Virus genome (UHGV): UHGV-1350683 | Length of the DNA: 47,429 nt | Reading direction: 5' to 3' (one strand) | Origin: a virus | Shown here: piece after piece, positions 31,694-42,508 of the stretch | Layout of the letters: each line of letters begins with the position of its first letter | How positions within the stretch are numbered: the stretch's first letter is position 1 | Position numbers and translations under genes: made by a program | The notes under the pieces: generated by a model | Seen by the model: only the letters and a program-made list of their open reading frames with translations | Databases searched by the model: none | What the model was told of the DNA's origin: nothing

Positions 31694-32171
31694 ATCACAA
31701 ATCATACGCGTGATTGTCAATCATCCCGGCGCAACGCGTGCATATATTGAAAAGCATTGCGGAGGTAAGCACTCAAGCACCACAACGCATCGTCTGCATG
31801 AGATGCTTGCGCTTGGCTTTATTCGCCGCGAGAAGTCAGTGATTTGTGGTGGTAAGTGGCAGTATAAATACTTCATCTCTGATGATTCTGCAGGCATCGA
31901 TGATGCAATTAAGTGTCACCTGCTTGATAACGCTGGCGCAGAGGTGAAAGAAATCAGCACCGCCACTGGCTTGGATTACCGCATCGTGAAAAGCCGCGTC
32001 CGCATTATGTTTCATAACGGTGATGTGACGCGAAGCTATGACCACCACAAGAAACTGTGGCGTTACTCATGGAAGGAGAAGGAAGTCAATGTAAGCAATC
32101 TGTTTAATTCACTTCTTCGCAACGCAAGGGGTCATTATGGGAAAAGCAAAACGCAAGAAGCAGGAGTATGA
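31683..32171 (+). CDS. winged-helix DNA-binding protein
   Basis: 162 aa. Pattern RAYIEKHCGG...LHEMLALGFIRRE is MarR/wHTH-like. Confidence 0.4.
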   Translation: MDYKSQIIRVIVNHPGATRAYIEKHCGGKHSSTTTHRLHEMLALGFIRREKSVICGGKWQYKYFISDDSAGIDDAIKCHLLDNAGAEVKEISTATGLDYRIVKSRVRIMFHNGDVTRSYDHHKKLWRYSWKEKEVNVSNLFNSLLRNARGHYGKSKTQEAGV

Positions 32172-32296
32172 GCCATTACCGCCATGCGAAATGTCAGGAA
32201 TGCCGCAGCAGGAGGATGTTATTCTCACCGAAGCTGAGTGGCGCAAGGTTGCAAGAGTACAAATCATGTTCCGCAAACTTGCTGAGGACGTACTAA

Positions 32297-32650
32297 ATGA
32301 GATGGGCTATTAAGCATAAATCTGGCAGAGCTCTGTTTGTTACATCTGATGAGTTTATTGCCAATAACCGCAAAGAGATGGGCTGGATAGTGGAGGAAGT
32401 GAAGATGACGAGCAGAGAGCAGTTTTTGGAATTCGCGGAAAAACAAAATTTAAGCCTTGCATATGGTGATTGCGGGTATGTTTACTCATCCACAGAAATG
32501 GCATGGAGGGCATGGCAGGCATCTCGTGCAGCAATTGAGGTTGAGCTTCCTAATCAATTTCCGGGTGAGTATTACCTCGACAGAGATGTAATTTACGTAG
32601 ACGAACTTATTGAAGAACTTGAACAAGCAGGCTTAAAGGTGAAAAAATGA
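32297..32650 (+). CDS. hypothetical protein
   Basis: 117 aa. A 58-aa basic ORF at 32137..32313 overlaps its start. Confidence 0.35.
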   Translation: MRWAIKHKSGRALFVTSDEFIANNRKEMGWIVEEVKMTSREQFLEFAEKQNLSLAYGDCGYVYSSTEMAWRAWQASRAAIEVELPNQFPGEYYLDRDVIYVDELIEELEQAGLKVKK

Positions 32651-32973
32651 TTATCCAACTGAACGACATTATGAAAGCAGACATCATTCAGCTTGAAGAT
32701 TATGACATGCAGCTGGCGTTTGAAATCGAAACTGTTGAGCGACAACTGCAATATGCGGATAAGAAGAATGACCGCATCTGGCATGAGAAGGCACTTAAGG
32801 CACGCGATCACATGAAGCGCACGCGAGCACTTATTAAAACGCGACTGGATAAGCTGTATTTTGGCGAGGAAAGGATGATTCACGGGGCGATACTGGCGCA
32901 AATCCGCAAGGAAATGCCGATTGGCAAGTTTATGTCATACGTGCACCGCGCAAAACAGGAGGCTGGGTTATGA
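32647..32973 (+). CDS. hypothetical protein
   Basis: 108 aa with ATGA coupling. Followed by a 48-aa membrane micro-ORF at 32970..33116. Confidence 0.35.
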   Translation: MIIQLNDIMKADIIQLEDYDMQLAFEIETVERQLQYADKKNDRIWHEKALKARDHMKRTRALIKTRLDKLYFGEERMIHGAILAQIRKEMPIGKFMSYVHRAKQEAGL

Positions 32974-33270
32974 TTCCATTACTGTGGATATTATCATCTT
33001 ACGCATTCGCAAGGGTATTTGAGGCTGACACTCTGTACCAGATGATTTGCTATGGCGCACTGTTCTGTCTCTCTGGTGCTGCACTTGCATTTATGGATGA
33101 TGTGATTTCAGACTAACTCCGTATATCTTTTGTTCATCATGGGCTGCTATCCTTTAATAAGGAGGTAGCCCATGAACATAATCCCTATCACTTACTTTCT
33201 CACGCTGTACGCACTCACCGATTCGCCGTTATTTGCACTGGCTACCGCCTCATGGTGCTATATCTCCCTG

Positions 33271-33279
33271 TGTTATAAT
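33271..33279 (+). promoter_or_regulatory. extended -10 promoter (TGTTATAAT) upstream of the head genes
   Basis: Matches TGATATAAT at 43179 and 45252. Confidence 0.4.
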
Positions 33280-33310
33280 TCGACCACAAACTAACCGTGG
33301 AGAGTTAACC

Positions 33311-35193
<1,883 letters not shown>

Positions 35194-35195
35194 TA

Positions 35196-36266
35196 ATGGA
35201 AAAGATTATTTTTACCAAAGACTTGGTAGCCAACTCCGCAGTAGTGGCTGACCAGTGGAAACATCTCACCATCGACCGCAAGGTGTTCTGCAATGCGGAA
35301 GCTGAGCTGGCGAAGACCTATGGCGTTAACGCCACCGCACTGGTAACGAAAGATTACTGGCGTGACGTGGACAACGTCACCACCCGCGTTTTCCGCAACG
35401 AAGCTGGTCAGGACATGATGGCTGACCTGATGGGCATCGCGGCAAACATCAATATCGGCAAGACTGTGGCAATCAGCCGCATTGCTTCCGATGCTGGCAA
35501 GGTCGTCCGCACTCTGTCTGGTCAGGAGCCAGAAGATTTGGATAAAACTCGCTACGATTACACTGGCGATGTGATTCCAATCTTCAAGACTGGCTACAGC
35601 CGCGAATGGCGCGAACTGCTGGGTATGCAGTCTGAAGGTTTTGACCCACTGCTGGACGATCAGGCTAACGTTACCTTTAACCTGCGTTCCGATATGGCGC
35701 AGTACCTGCTGACTGGCGACCAGACTCTGAACGTGAATGGCGTTTACACTGGCTACGGTATCACCAACCACCCGAACACCATTCAGGTCAACCTGAATGC
35801 TTCCGGCGGCCTGAATATCGACCTGCAAACCGCAACGCCAGACGAAATCGTGAAATTCTTCAATCAGGATTTTCAGGCTATTCTGGATGCGCAGAACGTA
35901 TTCGAGCAGGTGACTCTGTGGGTTTCCCCGGCAGTGCGTCGCAGCTTCATGCGTCCGTATTCTGATGCAGCAGGCTTCAAAGGCGGCACGGTTGAGCAGT
36001 ACATCACTCAGTTCGGCAATGGTCGCATTGGTAAGATTGGCACCAACTTCCTGCTGACCGGTAACCATTTCGTTGGCTATGTTCGCAACGACATGTACAT
36101 CCGTCCGCGTGTTGCTCAACCTGTTTCCACCTATGCGGCAGCCCGTGACAATCCGCACGATAACTTTAACTTCCTCGTGTGGTCAGCTTTCGGTTTGCAA
36201 ATCCGTAAGGATTTCACCGGCAAGTCCAAAGTGTTCAACGGTTACGGCACGCAAACTCCGCTGTAA
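35196..36266 (+). CDS. major capsid protein
   Basis: 356 aa after the protease/scaffold and decoration genes. Strong terminator downstream. Codon usage is typical of a highly expressed gene. Confidence 0.7.
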   Translation: MEKIIFTKDLVANSAVVADQWKHLTIDRKVFCNAEAELAKTYGVNATALVTKDYWRDVDNVTTRVFRNEAGQDMMADLMGIAANINIGKTVAISRIASDAGKVVRTLSGQEPEDLDKTRYDYTGDVIPIFKTGYSREWRELLGMQSEGFDPLLDDQANVTFNLRSDMAQYLLTGDQTLNVNGVYTGYGITNHPNTIQVNLNASGGLNIDLQTATPDEIVKFFNQDFQAILDAQNVFEQVTLWVSPAVRRSFMRPYSDAAGFKGGTVEQYITQFGNGRIGKIGTNFLLTGNHFVGYVRNDMYIRPRVAQPVSTYAAARDNPHDNFNFLVWSAFGLQIRKDFTGKSKVFNGYGTQTPL

Positions 36267-36267
36267 T

Positions 36268-36295
36268 AAAAAAAGGGGCGAAAGCCCCTTTGTGA
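36268..36295 (+). terminator. intrinsic terminator after the capsid gene
   Basis: AAAGGGGC-GAAA-GCCCCTTT. Confidence 0.8.
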
Positions 36296-36309
36296 ATTTG
36301 AGGTGAATA

Positions 36310-36507
36310 ATGGCTAAATACGAAGTCATCGCACGCGGAATCTTTGTAAAAGAGAAAGGCAAGATTCGTGAGTTGCAGCTTGGCGAGGTTATCACGGAAC
36401 CTGCTGAGCATCTGATGTCAAAGCTGCGCGTTATGCCAGAACTGGAAAAGTCTTTCGAAGTAGCAACCCCACAAGAAAAGACGACAAAGAAAAAGAAAGC
36501 AGAGTAA
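36310..36507 (+). CDS. hypothetical protein (65 aa) between two terminators
   Basis: RBS GAGGTG. Lys-rich C-terminus. Confidence 0.4.
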   Translation: MAKYEVIARGIFVKEKGKIRELQLGEVITEPAEHLMSKLRVMPELEKSFEVATPQEKTTKKKKAE

Positions 36508-36511
36508 ACTT

Positions 36512-36537
36512 AACCCGCACAATGCGGGTTTTTTATT
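36512..36537 (+). terminator. intrinsic terminator
   Basis: ACCCGCA-CAA-TGCGGGT followed by TTTTTATT. Confidence 0.75.
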
Positions 36538-36547
36538 GGGGGTTTCT

Positions 36548-37396
36548 ATGGCTGTAAGATACGACATATTCACCACGCACGAAGATGGCGAGGTGGTGCT
36601 TGATGAGTTGATGTCTGCTGACTGGACGGCACTACAGGTTAACGTGATGCCGCTTGATTCATCTGGTGCATATACACCTCTTGTTAGCGGCACCGTGTCC
36701 ATGAAGGTATCACCTTTTGAGTCTGGAAATTACTGGATTGACGTCAACAATAATAATTATTACGGCGTAGCGCTGCGCCTGAAGATAATTAAAACGGAAT
36801 TGCCAGCAGCGGTAAGCTCGCTGCGCGTTTCGGTGTGGCGAGCTGGCGTTTCTCCCCAATCGGTAGTAAACCTTCAGCCTGACGTGGCGCTAAGCGACAT
36901 CACCACGCAGTCATACATTGAGCGCGCCAATAAGCAAGGAAGGCTATTCACCGCATCTCGCAGAGTAACTGATGTTGCTGGTGGTTCAAACCTTGATAGC
37001 ATATTTATCACCGGAACAAAGCAGGTGATATTCAACCAGCGCATTATTGGTTACACAGGGAAAGGCGTTATTGCGTCAATCTATCGCGGCGCAGTTGCCA
37101 CCGGAGGTACGGCGGCGGAGATTAACAATCCAAACGATATAACGCCGCAGGCAGTTACGGCACAGCTTCTGACTGGCTCTACGATCACAAGCATCGGGCA
37201 GCTGACGGTCGCAGCAACATATAGCGAGGGTAACGCATCAAATCAGGGGCAGGGTAACTCGCAGGCGAAACTCGGCGAGCAGATTATCATGGCACCAAAC
37301 ACGACGTACTTGCTTCGCATAACATCACTGGATACAGCGTCACAGAATATCAATGCGTATGTGTCATGGTTTGAGGATGATACTTATCTGGCGTGA
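36548..37396 (+). CDS. beta-rich structural-type protein, terminator-insulated
   Basis: About 283 aa, rich in Gly/Thr/Ser/Asn. Flanked by terminators at 36512 and 37402. Confidence 0.4.
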   Translation: MAVRYDIFTTHEDGEVVLDELMSADWTALQVNVMPLDSSGAYTPLVSGTVSMKVSPFESGNYWIDVNNNNYYGVALRLKIIKTELPAAVSSLRVSVWRAGVSPQSVVNLQPDVALSDITTQSYIERANKQGRLFTASRRVTDVAGGSNLDSIFITGTKQVIFNQRIIGYTGKGVIASIYRGAVATGGTAAEINNPNDITPQAVTAQLLTGSTITSIGQLTVAATYSEGNASNQGQGNSQAKLGEQIIMAPNTTYLLRITSLDTASQNINAYVSWFEDDTYLA

Positions 37397-37401
37397 TAAA
37401 A

Positions 37402-37427
37402 GAAAAGCCCCATCACGGGGCTTTTGA
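37402..37427. terminator. bidirectional intrinsic terminator
   Basis: AAAGCCCC-ATCA-CGGGGCTTTT. Confidence 0.75.
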
Positions 37428-37430
37428 TTG

Positions 37431-37967
37431 CTACAGGCGCATGGGCATAACAACAATCTTCGCAGTCTCACCAGTTGGCGCACTAAGGCAGCAAACTGCG
37501 GCATTTGTATTTCCATTCAGTTCAATTTTGACACCACAGAATTTTGGATTAAACAGCTTCGCAACTTTCTCAATATCCACAAGGTAGCCAGCATTGAAGC
37601 CAATTTCCTCTGCTGCTTTCGTTTCCTTTGGTATCACGCGGTCAATATCAGGGAATCGACCATCAATCTCTTCGCAGATACCAGTACCAACCATCACGCC
37701 AGCTTCATCATGATACGTTGCAATTTTCGTTTTGGTATCAATGATGGCGTAGTCATAGCGTTTTGTTGGAGATTTGCCAATCTTGATAATCACATTTTCT
37801 GTCAGCTTATTGTCATGGCTGCCGCCAATAAATGCGCGATGACCGTCAGTTGACGCAATGCGACCATCTGGCATAAAGCAAATCCCATTCAGGTAGTAGC
37901 GCACATCATTGCGCGCCTGAAATATTAATGCTGATTCAAGTAATAATTTGCTGATTTTTAGTTTCAT
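37431..37967 (-). CDS. truncated DnaN-like beta sliding clamp homologue (domains II-III only)
   Basis: Motifs NDVRYYLNG, STDGHR, IDGRFPDIDRVIPK, EIGFNAGYLVD and C-terminal IVVMPMRL match E. coli DnaN, but the protein is only ~178 aa (DnaN is 366 aa). Confidence 0.6.
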   Translation of the reverse strand: MKLKISKLLLESALIFQARNDVRYYLNGICFMPDGRIASTDGHRAFIGGSHDNKLTENVIIKIGKSPTKRYDYAIIDTKTKIATYHDEAGVMVGTGICEEIDGRFPDIDRVIPKETKAAEEIGFNAGYLVDIEKVAKLFNPKFCGVKIELNGNTNAAVCCLSAPTGETAKIVVMPMRL

Positions 37968-37979
37968 CACTTCACCTTA

Positions 37980-38137
37980 ATCATATGCTGTCTTGCAACC
38001 TTCAGGCATTCTTCAAAAATGCCACCCTTCTTTGCGCTCTGATTACGCTTGTAATACTGAATTGCCGCATCAATTGCCATCTGATCGATATCTGGCAGCT
38101 TGGCGCGGAGCTGTTTTTCTATGAATTGCTCAGCGTT
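37980..38137 (-). CDS. hypothetical protein (52 aa)
   Basis: Coupled between the MTase and clamp-like genes. Confidence 0.3.
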
Positions 38138-38859
38138 CATCCTAAAATCCTTTTTTTGGCTATTTCAAAGTATTTATCATCCTTTTCTATTCCGATAAAC
38201 CTACGTCCTGTGTTTATGCATGCCACGCCTGTTGTGCCGCTGCCCATGCAGTTATCCATGACTGTATCGCCTTCATTGGTGTACGTCTTGATGAGATATT
38301 CCATCAGCGCCACTGGCTTCTGTGTGGGGTGCTGTTTACCCTTACGCGACGCGTTGGATATGCGCAACAGGTTAGTAGGGTAATATTCGTTGTTGAAAGA
38401 AAATGCGTCACCGAAGTGGCCGTAGTTATCAGAGCCTCCTAGCTTATTGTGGCCCCCTTTATTGCGCGGCTTTCCCCTAACTTCCATTATTGGATTGTAA
38501 GTTTTACCCTTACCGAAAACGACAACATCTTCTGTTTGGCGCAGGGGCTGCTTTTTCGCATTAAGAAAACCGCTACTGAGAGCCTTATCCCACACCCACG
38601 TATATTTAAAATCTTTTTGATTGCTCATTATAAGGGCTGATGTGAAAGGCTGTGCCGCTGTAAGTACAATCATGCCTCTGCAAATGCGATTATAGGAATC
38701 CCATAAATCTTTAAATGGAATAATCGAATCCCACTTATTCTGCGTTGTCCCATAAGGTAAATCACACAAAATCAAATCAACACTACCATCAGGAATAGAC
38801 TTCATAACTTCAAGGCAATCACCATGAATTAGTTTCACATCTTCGTTTATAATCATCAC
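38137..38859 (-). CDS. DNA methyltransferase (beta-class N6A/N4C, DPPY-type motif before FxGxG)
   Basis: Motif IV DLPYGT precedes motif I CMGSGTTG. 240 aa. Confidence 0.7.
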   Translation of the reverse strand: MMIINEDVKLIHGDCLEVMKSIPDGSVDLILCDLPYGTTQNKWDSIIPFKDLWDSYNRICRGMIVLTAAQPFTSALIMSNQKDFKYTWVWDKALSSGFLNAKKQPLRQTEDVVVFGKGKTYNPIMEVRGKPRNKGGHNKLGGSDNYGHFGDAFSFNNEYYPTNLLRISNASRKGKQHPTQKPVALMEYLIKTYTNEGDTVMDNCMGSGTTGVACINTGRRFIGIEKDDKYFEIAKKRILG

Positions 38860-39665
38860 ATCTTCTCCAGAATTGCCATAACCTCGTGAATATCAGCAAC
38901 AGGAATCTGGATAAATTCCTCATCCTCTGCCACCACATGACCAGCAGGAAGAATCACATGATCTGCTGGCTTCAATAACTCAACCAAGCGGTCTACTGGC
39001 TTAATCTTTTTCGACTTCAGCACTTTGGCTGTGACCTTGTCTTTGCCTTGTGCTTTAGCTTCTTCAACAGCCTCGTCGATAACTTTAACCGCATCATCGC
39101 CATGTTCGCGCGTTACTGCTACGGCATTTGCATAGCTGATTTGCCCGGCACTGATGCGCGCTTTTACTTCCGCCGGAACATCACCCAGAGACAGGTGCAT
39201 TTGCACGTCAGATACTGAGCGTCCTACCTTTTTTGCGATTTCCTCATTAGTCCAGCCAAAGCCTTTCAGTCGCGTATAAGCCTTTGCGCGTTCAAATGGG
39301 TCGAGCTGCTTACCCTGGCTGGATGACACCATGAAGGCGATTTTATCCGCCTCATCGCCAGTGAAATCCTTGCACTCAATACGAACGATTGGCGCTCCAC
39401 GCTCAATGGCACGCAATGCGCCGAGATAGCGATGCTGACCATCAAGAATACGGATACCCTTCTCGTCTGGAATAACTGTTAATGCTGGTAGCGGCTGGCC
39501 TGATTCCCAGCACTGCGCGAAATACTCCACATGCTGCTCATCTGCTTCACGGATGTTATATCCAGGCTCCAGATAGATTTGCTCAACTGGCACAAGATAG
39601 GTTTTGTTCACAGCGATACCGTTGCGCGTTTCTTTGTCTGAATAGATTTTGCTTAGTGTTTTCAT
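38856..39665 (-). CDS. ParB-like nuclease domain protein
   Basis: ParB/Srx-type motif ILDGQHRYLGA. 269 aa. Coupled to the MTase gene. Confidence 0.6.
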   Translation of the reverse strand: MKTLSKIYSDKETRNGIAVNKTYLVPVEQIYLEPGYNIREADEQHVEYFAQCWESGQPLPALTVIPDEKGIRILDGQHRYLGALRAIERGAPIVRIECKDFTGDEADKIAFMVSSSQGKQLDPFERAKAYTRLKGFGWTNEEIAKKVGRSVSDVQMHLSLGDVPAEVKARISAGQISYANAVAVTREHGDDAVKVIDEAVEEAKAQGKDKVTAKVLKSKKIKPVDRLVELLKPADHVILPAGHVVAEDEEFIQIPVADIHEVMAILEKM

Positions 39666-40033
39666 TGTTTTTTTCCTAATGCTTTCTTGATTGCTTTGTT
39701 CGCCAGATTTAATGGGTGTTCTTCATGACAATCATCAGAAGATACTCCACAAACATCCTCAACATAATCGCGGAGCTGGCGAAGTGCTTCGAGTAATTCT
39801 GGCGCTGCGGCTACTAACTTTGCATTTGACAAATGCTCAATGCGTGATACATCCCTATGAGCGCCTTCATCACTCCAGTGTTCAAACCCAGCTTTTTCCC
39901 AGTCAGGGAAAATTGCTATAGAATTAATCACCCTGATGATTCCAAAACCATTGTCATCAACTACATCAGTGTAAACTTCATGGCGCTTAACGCACTTCCA
40001 CTCCCCTTTCGTACCTTTGAATTCATCTTTCAT
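39662..40033 (-). CDS. Ea22-like protein (paralogue of 26906..27217)
   Basis: Motifs MKDEFKGTKGEW and SNAKLVAAAPELLEALRQL. Confidence 0.4.
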   Translation of the reverse strand: MKDEFKGTKGEWKCVKRHEVYTDVVDDNGFGIIRVINSIAIFPDWEKAGFEHWSDEGAHRDVSRIEHLSNAKLVAAAPELLEALRQLRDYVEDVCGVSSDDCHEEHPLNLANKAIKKALGKKQ

Positions 40034-40072
40034 CTCATCACCTCTAACATTTATTGTTGTTTCTACGTCATC

Positions 40073-40101
40073 ACTATAAACACACCATCAATCTACGTCA
40101 A
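40073..40101 (-). promoter_or_regulatory. sigma70-like leftward promoter for the MTase/ParB module
   Basis: Minus strand reads TTGACG-tagattgatggtgtgtt-TATAGT. Confidence 0.5.
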
Positions 40102-40109
40102 CAGGAATA

Positions 40110-40118
40110 TGCTAAAAT
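40110..40118 (+). promoter_or_regulatory. extended -10 (TGCTAAAAT) rightward promoter
   Basis: TGn plus TAAAAT, 30 nt upstream of the 39-aa ORF. Confidence 0.35.
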
Positions 40119-40148
40119 CATGCTAATCAAACAACAGGAGATTTAAAC

Positions 40149-40268
40149 ATGGGTTCAACAAACGGTCCATCTCGTTCACGCTCTACTGGCAATGCCAAAA
40201 CTGGCGGCAAAACTGGCGCAGTGAAGCCAAACGGCTCCACCCGTTCACCATCGCGCGGTAAGAAATAA
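40149..40268 (+). CDS. highly basic Ser/Thr/Gly/Lys-rich peptide (39 aa)
   Basis: RBS AGGAG. Sequence MGSTNGPSRSRSTGNAKTGGKTGAVKPNGSTRSPSRGKK. TAATG coupling to the downstream membrane protein. Confidence 0.35.
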   Translation: MGSTNGPSRSRSTGNAKTGGKTGAVKPNGSTRSPSRGKK

Positions 40269-40708
40269 TGTTCGGCGCAGACGTTGCCATCATGATCATG
40301 TATGTGCTTGGTTTTGCCTGCACAGGCATGATTGCGTTTCTGGTGTTCATTCCGGCAATGGTGATGTCTGTGTATCTTGGATGGGTGCTTGTTGATTCAT
40401 TTCCCGCCGAATATCTGTATTACCTTGCGCAGTCTATGGCCTGGTTGTTTCCGGCTATTGCGCTGCGCAAAAGTACAAAAATGGCGCTCTGCGTGCTGAC
40501 GATGAGCCTTTACGAATGGCTGGTGGCGATAGAGTCATTCGTATGGGAATTTATCACGCCTGTAGAAACGCCGCTTCATGCGCAGTACGCATTTATTATT
40601 ATCGGCATCCATCTGTTCATCCTTTCCATCACTTTTAAATGGGGCGGCGAAATTGGACATTATTCTTGGCGTGGTTGCCATCGTTTTTTCGCTGATTCAA
40701 ATCTATAA
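40268..40708 (+). CDS. polytopic inner-membrane protein
   Basis: 146 aa with four or more hydrophobic helices. Confidence 0.45.
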   Translation: MFGADVAIMIMYVLGFACTGMIAFLVFIPAMVMSVYLGWVLVDSFPAEYLYYLAQSMAWLFPAIALRKSTKMALCVLTMSLYEWLVAIESFVWEFITPVETPLHAQYAFIIIGIHLFILSITFKWGGEIGHYSWRGCHRFFADSNL

Positions 40709-40740
40709 GTGCTGGAAACATATCATCAGCGAGACTCGCA

Positions 40741-41025
40741 ATGAACGAAACACTAAGGCAGGCCGCAGAGCAAGTTATAAGCGGGACGACAGGACAGGTG
40801 ATTGATAAGGCTGGATACGCTTCTATTGGCACTGGTATTGGCCTGAAAGTTGCAGAACAAACACCTGTCGCGCAGTCTTATTTTGAAGCTATGATGCCAC
40901 AATCATTAACTGAATGGGCGGCAGTGGCGTCAATCCTCGGCGCGCTGTCACTGGTAATAAAAAATCTGTTTGAAATGTGGTGGAAAGTCCGGGAGTCAAA
41001 GAGAAATGACAGCACCAACACCTGA
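40741..41025 (+). CDS. C-terminally membrane-anchored small protein
   Basis: 94 aa with a single TM (AAVASILGALSLVIKNLF) and a charged tail. Confidence 0.4.
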   Translation: MNETLRQAAEQVISGTTGQVIDKAGYASIGTGIGLKVAEQTPVAQSYFEAMMPQSLTEWAAVASILGALSLVIKNLFEMWWKVRESKRNDSTNT

Positions 41026-41398
41026 AGAACTGGTCAGTCAGATGGCATCTCGCGGGATGACTATCACTACAACAGATGCGTCTGGCATTCTGTGTCTTGT
41101 GGCGTCAATCAGTGAATGTCTTGAACTCAACTATCCAAACGATGAATGCCGGCAAAATGCGATCATGCTGTGGGCTTCCATCCTGATTAGCGCAAATACA
41201 GCAGGTCGCTACGTCACCAGCCAGAGCGCACCGTCTGGAGCATCGCAATCATTCGCTTATGGAAGTAAGCCGTGGGTGGCGTTGTACAATCAGATGAAAC
41301 TACTGGATACAGCCGGATGCACTGGCGATTTGGTGGAAGACCCTGACGGAAGCGGTAAACCGTGGTTTGCAGTTGTGCGTGGGAGTAAATGCAAATGA
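41006..41398 (+). CDS. head-tail connector (gp6-like)
   Basis: About 130 aa. First of four coupled head-tail joining genes before the major tail gene. Confidence 0.4.
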   Translation: MTAPTPEELVSQMASRGMTITTTDASGILCLVASISECLELNYPNDECRQNAIMLWASILISANTAGRYVTSQSAPSGASQSFAYGSKPWVALYNQMKLLDTAGCTGDLVEDPDGSGKPWFAVVRGSKCK

Positions 41399-41736
41399 CT
41401 TCGCTGGCTAACTGGAGCTACACGCAACCGTGCACCATCTGGCACAAAAGCGGAACTGACAAGTACGGTAAGCCGACTTTTGATGCGCCAGTGGGCATCA
41501 TGTGCGATTATGGCTTTAATGATGATGTATCGACTGACGCGAAAGGCAATGAGATTGTGCAGAAGAATACCTTCTGGACAGAATACACTGGCGCGAAGGT
41601 TGGTGATTACGTCATGATTGGCACAGTGACAGAAGCTGACCCGCTGGCGGCTGGCGCAAATCAGATTCTGAATGTGATTAACTATGGCTCAACTTTCAAC
41701 AGGGCAGAGCCACCTGACTTTGTACTGGTGACATAA
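41389..41736 (+). CDS. head-tail adaptor / head closure protein
   Basis: 115 aa, ATGA-coupled. Confidence 0.4.
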   Translation: MQMTSLANWSYTQPCTIWHKSGTDKYGKPTFDAPVGIMCDYGFNDDVSTDAKGNEIVQKNTFWTEYTGAKVGDYVMIGTVTEADPLAAGANQILNVINYGSTFNRAEPPDFVLVT

Positions 41737-42134
41737 TGCCAGCGAAATTAAGAGGTGTCCGTCAGGCCGTGGAAAGAACATCTCAGATTGTGGATGAGAT
41801 AATCGCCACGAAAGCTGTGCGCGCTCTTAAGTCAGCGACATACATCATCCGCACCGAATCAGCCACGCTAACACCAATTGATACGTCAACGCTGATTAAT
41901 AGTCAGTTTGACACGGTGGAAGTTAGCGGAACGCGGATCACTGGCAAAGTTGGCTACTCTGCAAAATATGCGCTGTATGTTCATAACGCCAGTGGCAAAC
42001 TTGCAGGTAAACCACGCAGCAATGGCAATGGCACGTACTGGTCTCCGGGCGGTGAACCGCAATTCCTGACCAAAGCAGCGCAGCGCACGAAAGACCTGGT
42101 TGATGGTGTGATTAAGAAGGAGATGACACTCTAA
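41736..42134 (+). CDS. tail completion protein (HK97 gp10-like)
   Basis: 132 aa, TAATG-coupled. Confidence 0.4.
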   Translation: MPAKLRGVRQAVERTSQIVDEIIATKAVRALKSATYIIRTESATLTPIDTSTLINSQFDTVEVSGTRITGKVGYSAKYALYVHNASGKLAGKPRSNGNGTYWSPGGEPQFLTKAAQRTKDLVDGVIKKEMTL

Positions 42135-42508
42135 TGAATATGCTTGAACTGGTTGATGCATATCTTCAGGATGCCGGATTGTATGACAGCTGGACTTCGC
42201 AGTTGCAGTTCTGGAATGACACCGGAGATGGCAACGAGCAATTTATTGTCCTGCAATCCAACGGCGGCACGCAGGTGATGGATGGCCTCGGAGGTGATTT
42301 CTATTTCTCGCTGTATGTTGTTGGCAAACATGGGCAGTACAATGTATCAGATGTTGATACGAAGGCGCTGGAGATTATCGAATACATCAAGACGCATCCG
42401 ATTGATTCATGCGTTAACTACATCCAGTTGCAAGCGCCACTCGGTAGGCCAATGCTTACGGAAGAGAAAAGACCAGTGCATGAGTTGCTTTTGCGGGTCG
42501 TGAAATAA
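42134..42508 (+). CDS. tail terminator-like protein
   Basis: 124 aa. Last gene of the coupled set; terminator downstream. Confidence 0.4.
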   Translation: MNMLELVDAYLQDAGLYDSWTSQLQFWNDTGDGNEQFIVLQSNGGTQVMDGLGGDFYFSLYVVGKHGQYNVSDVDTKALEIIEYIKTHPIDSCVNYIQLQAPLGRPMLTEEKRPVHELLLRVVK

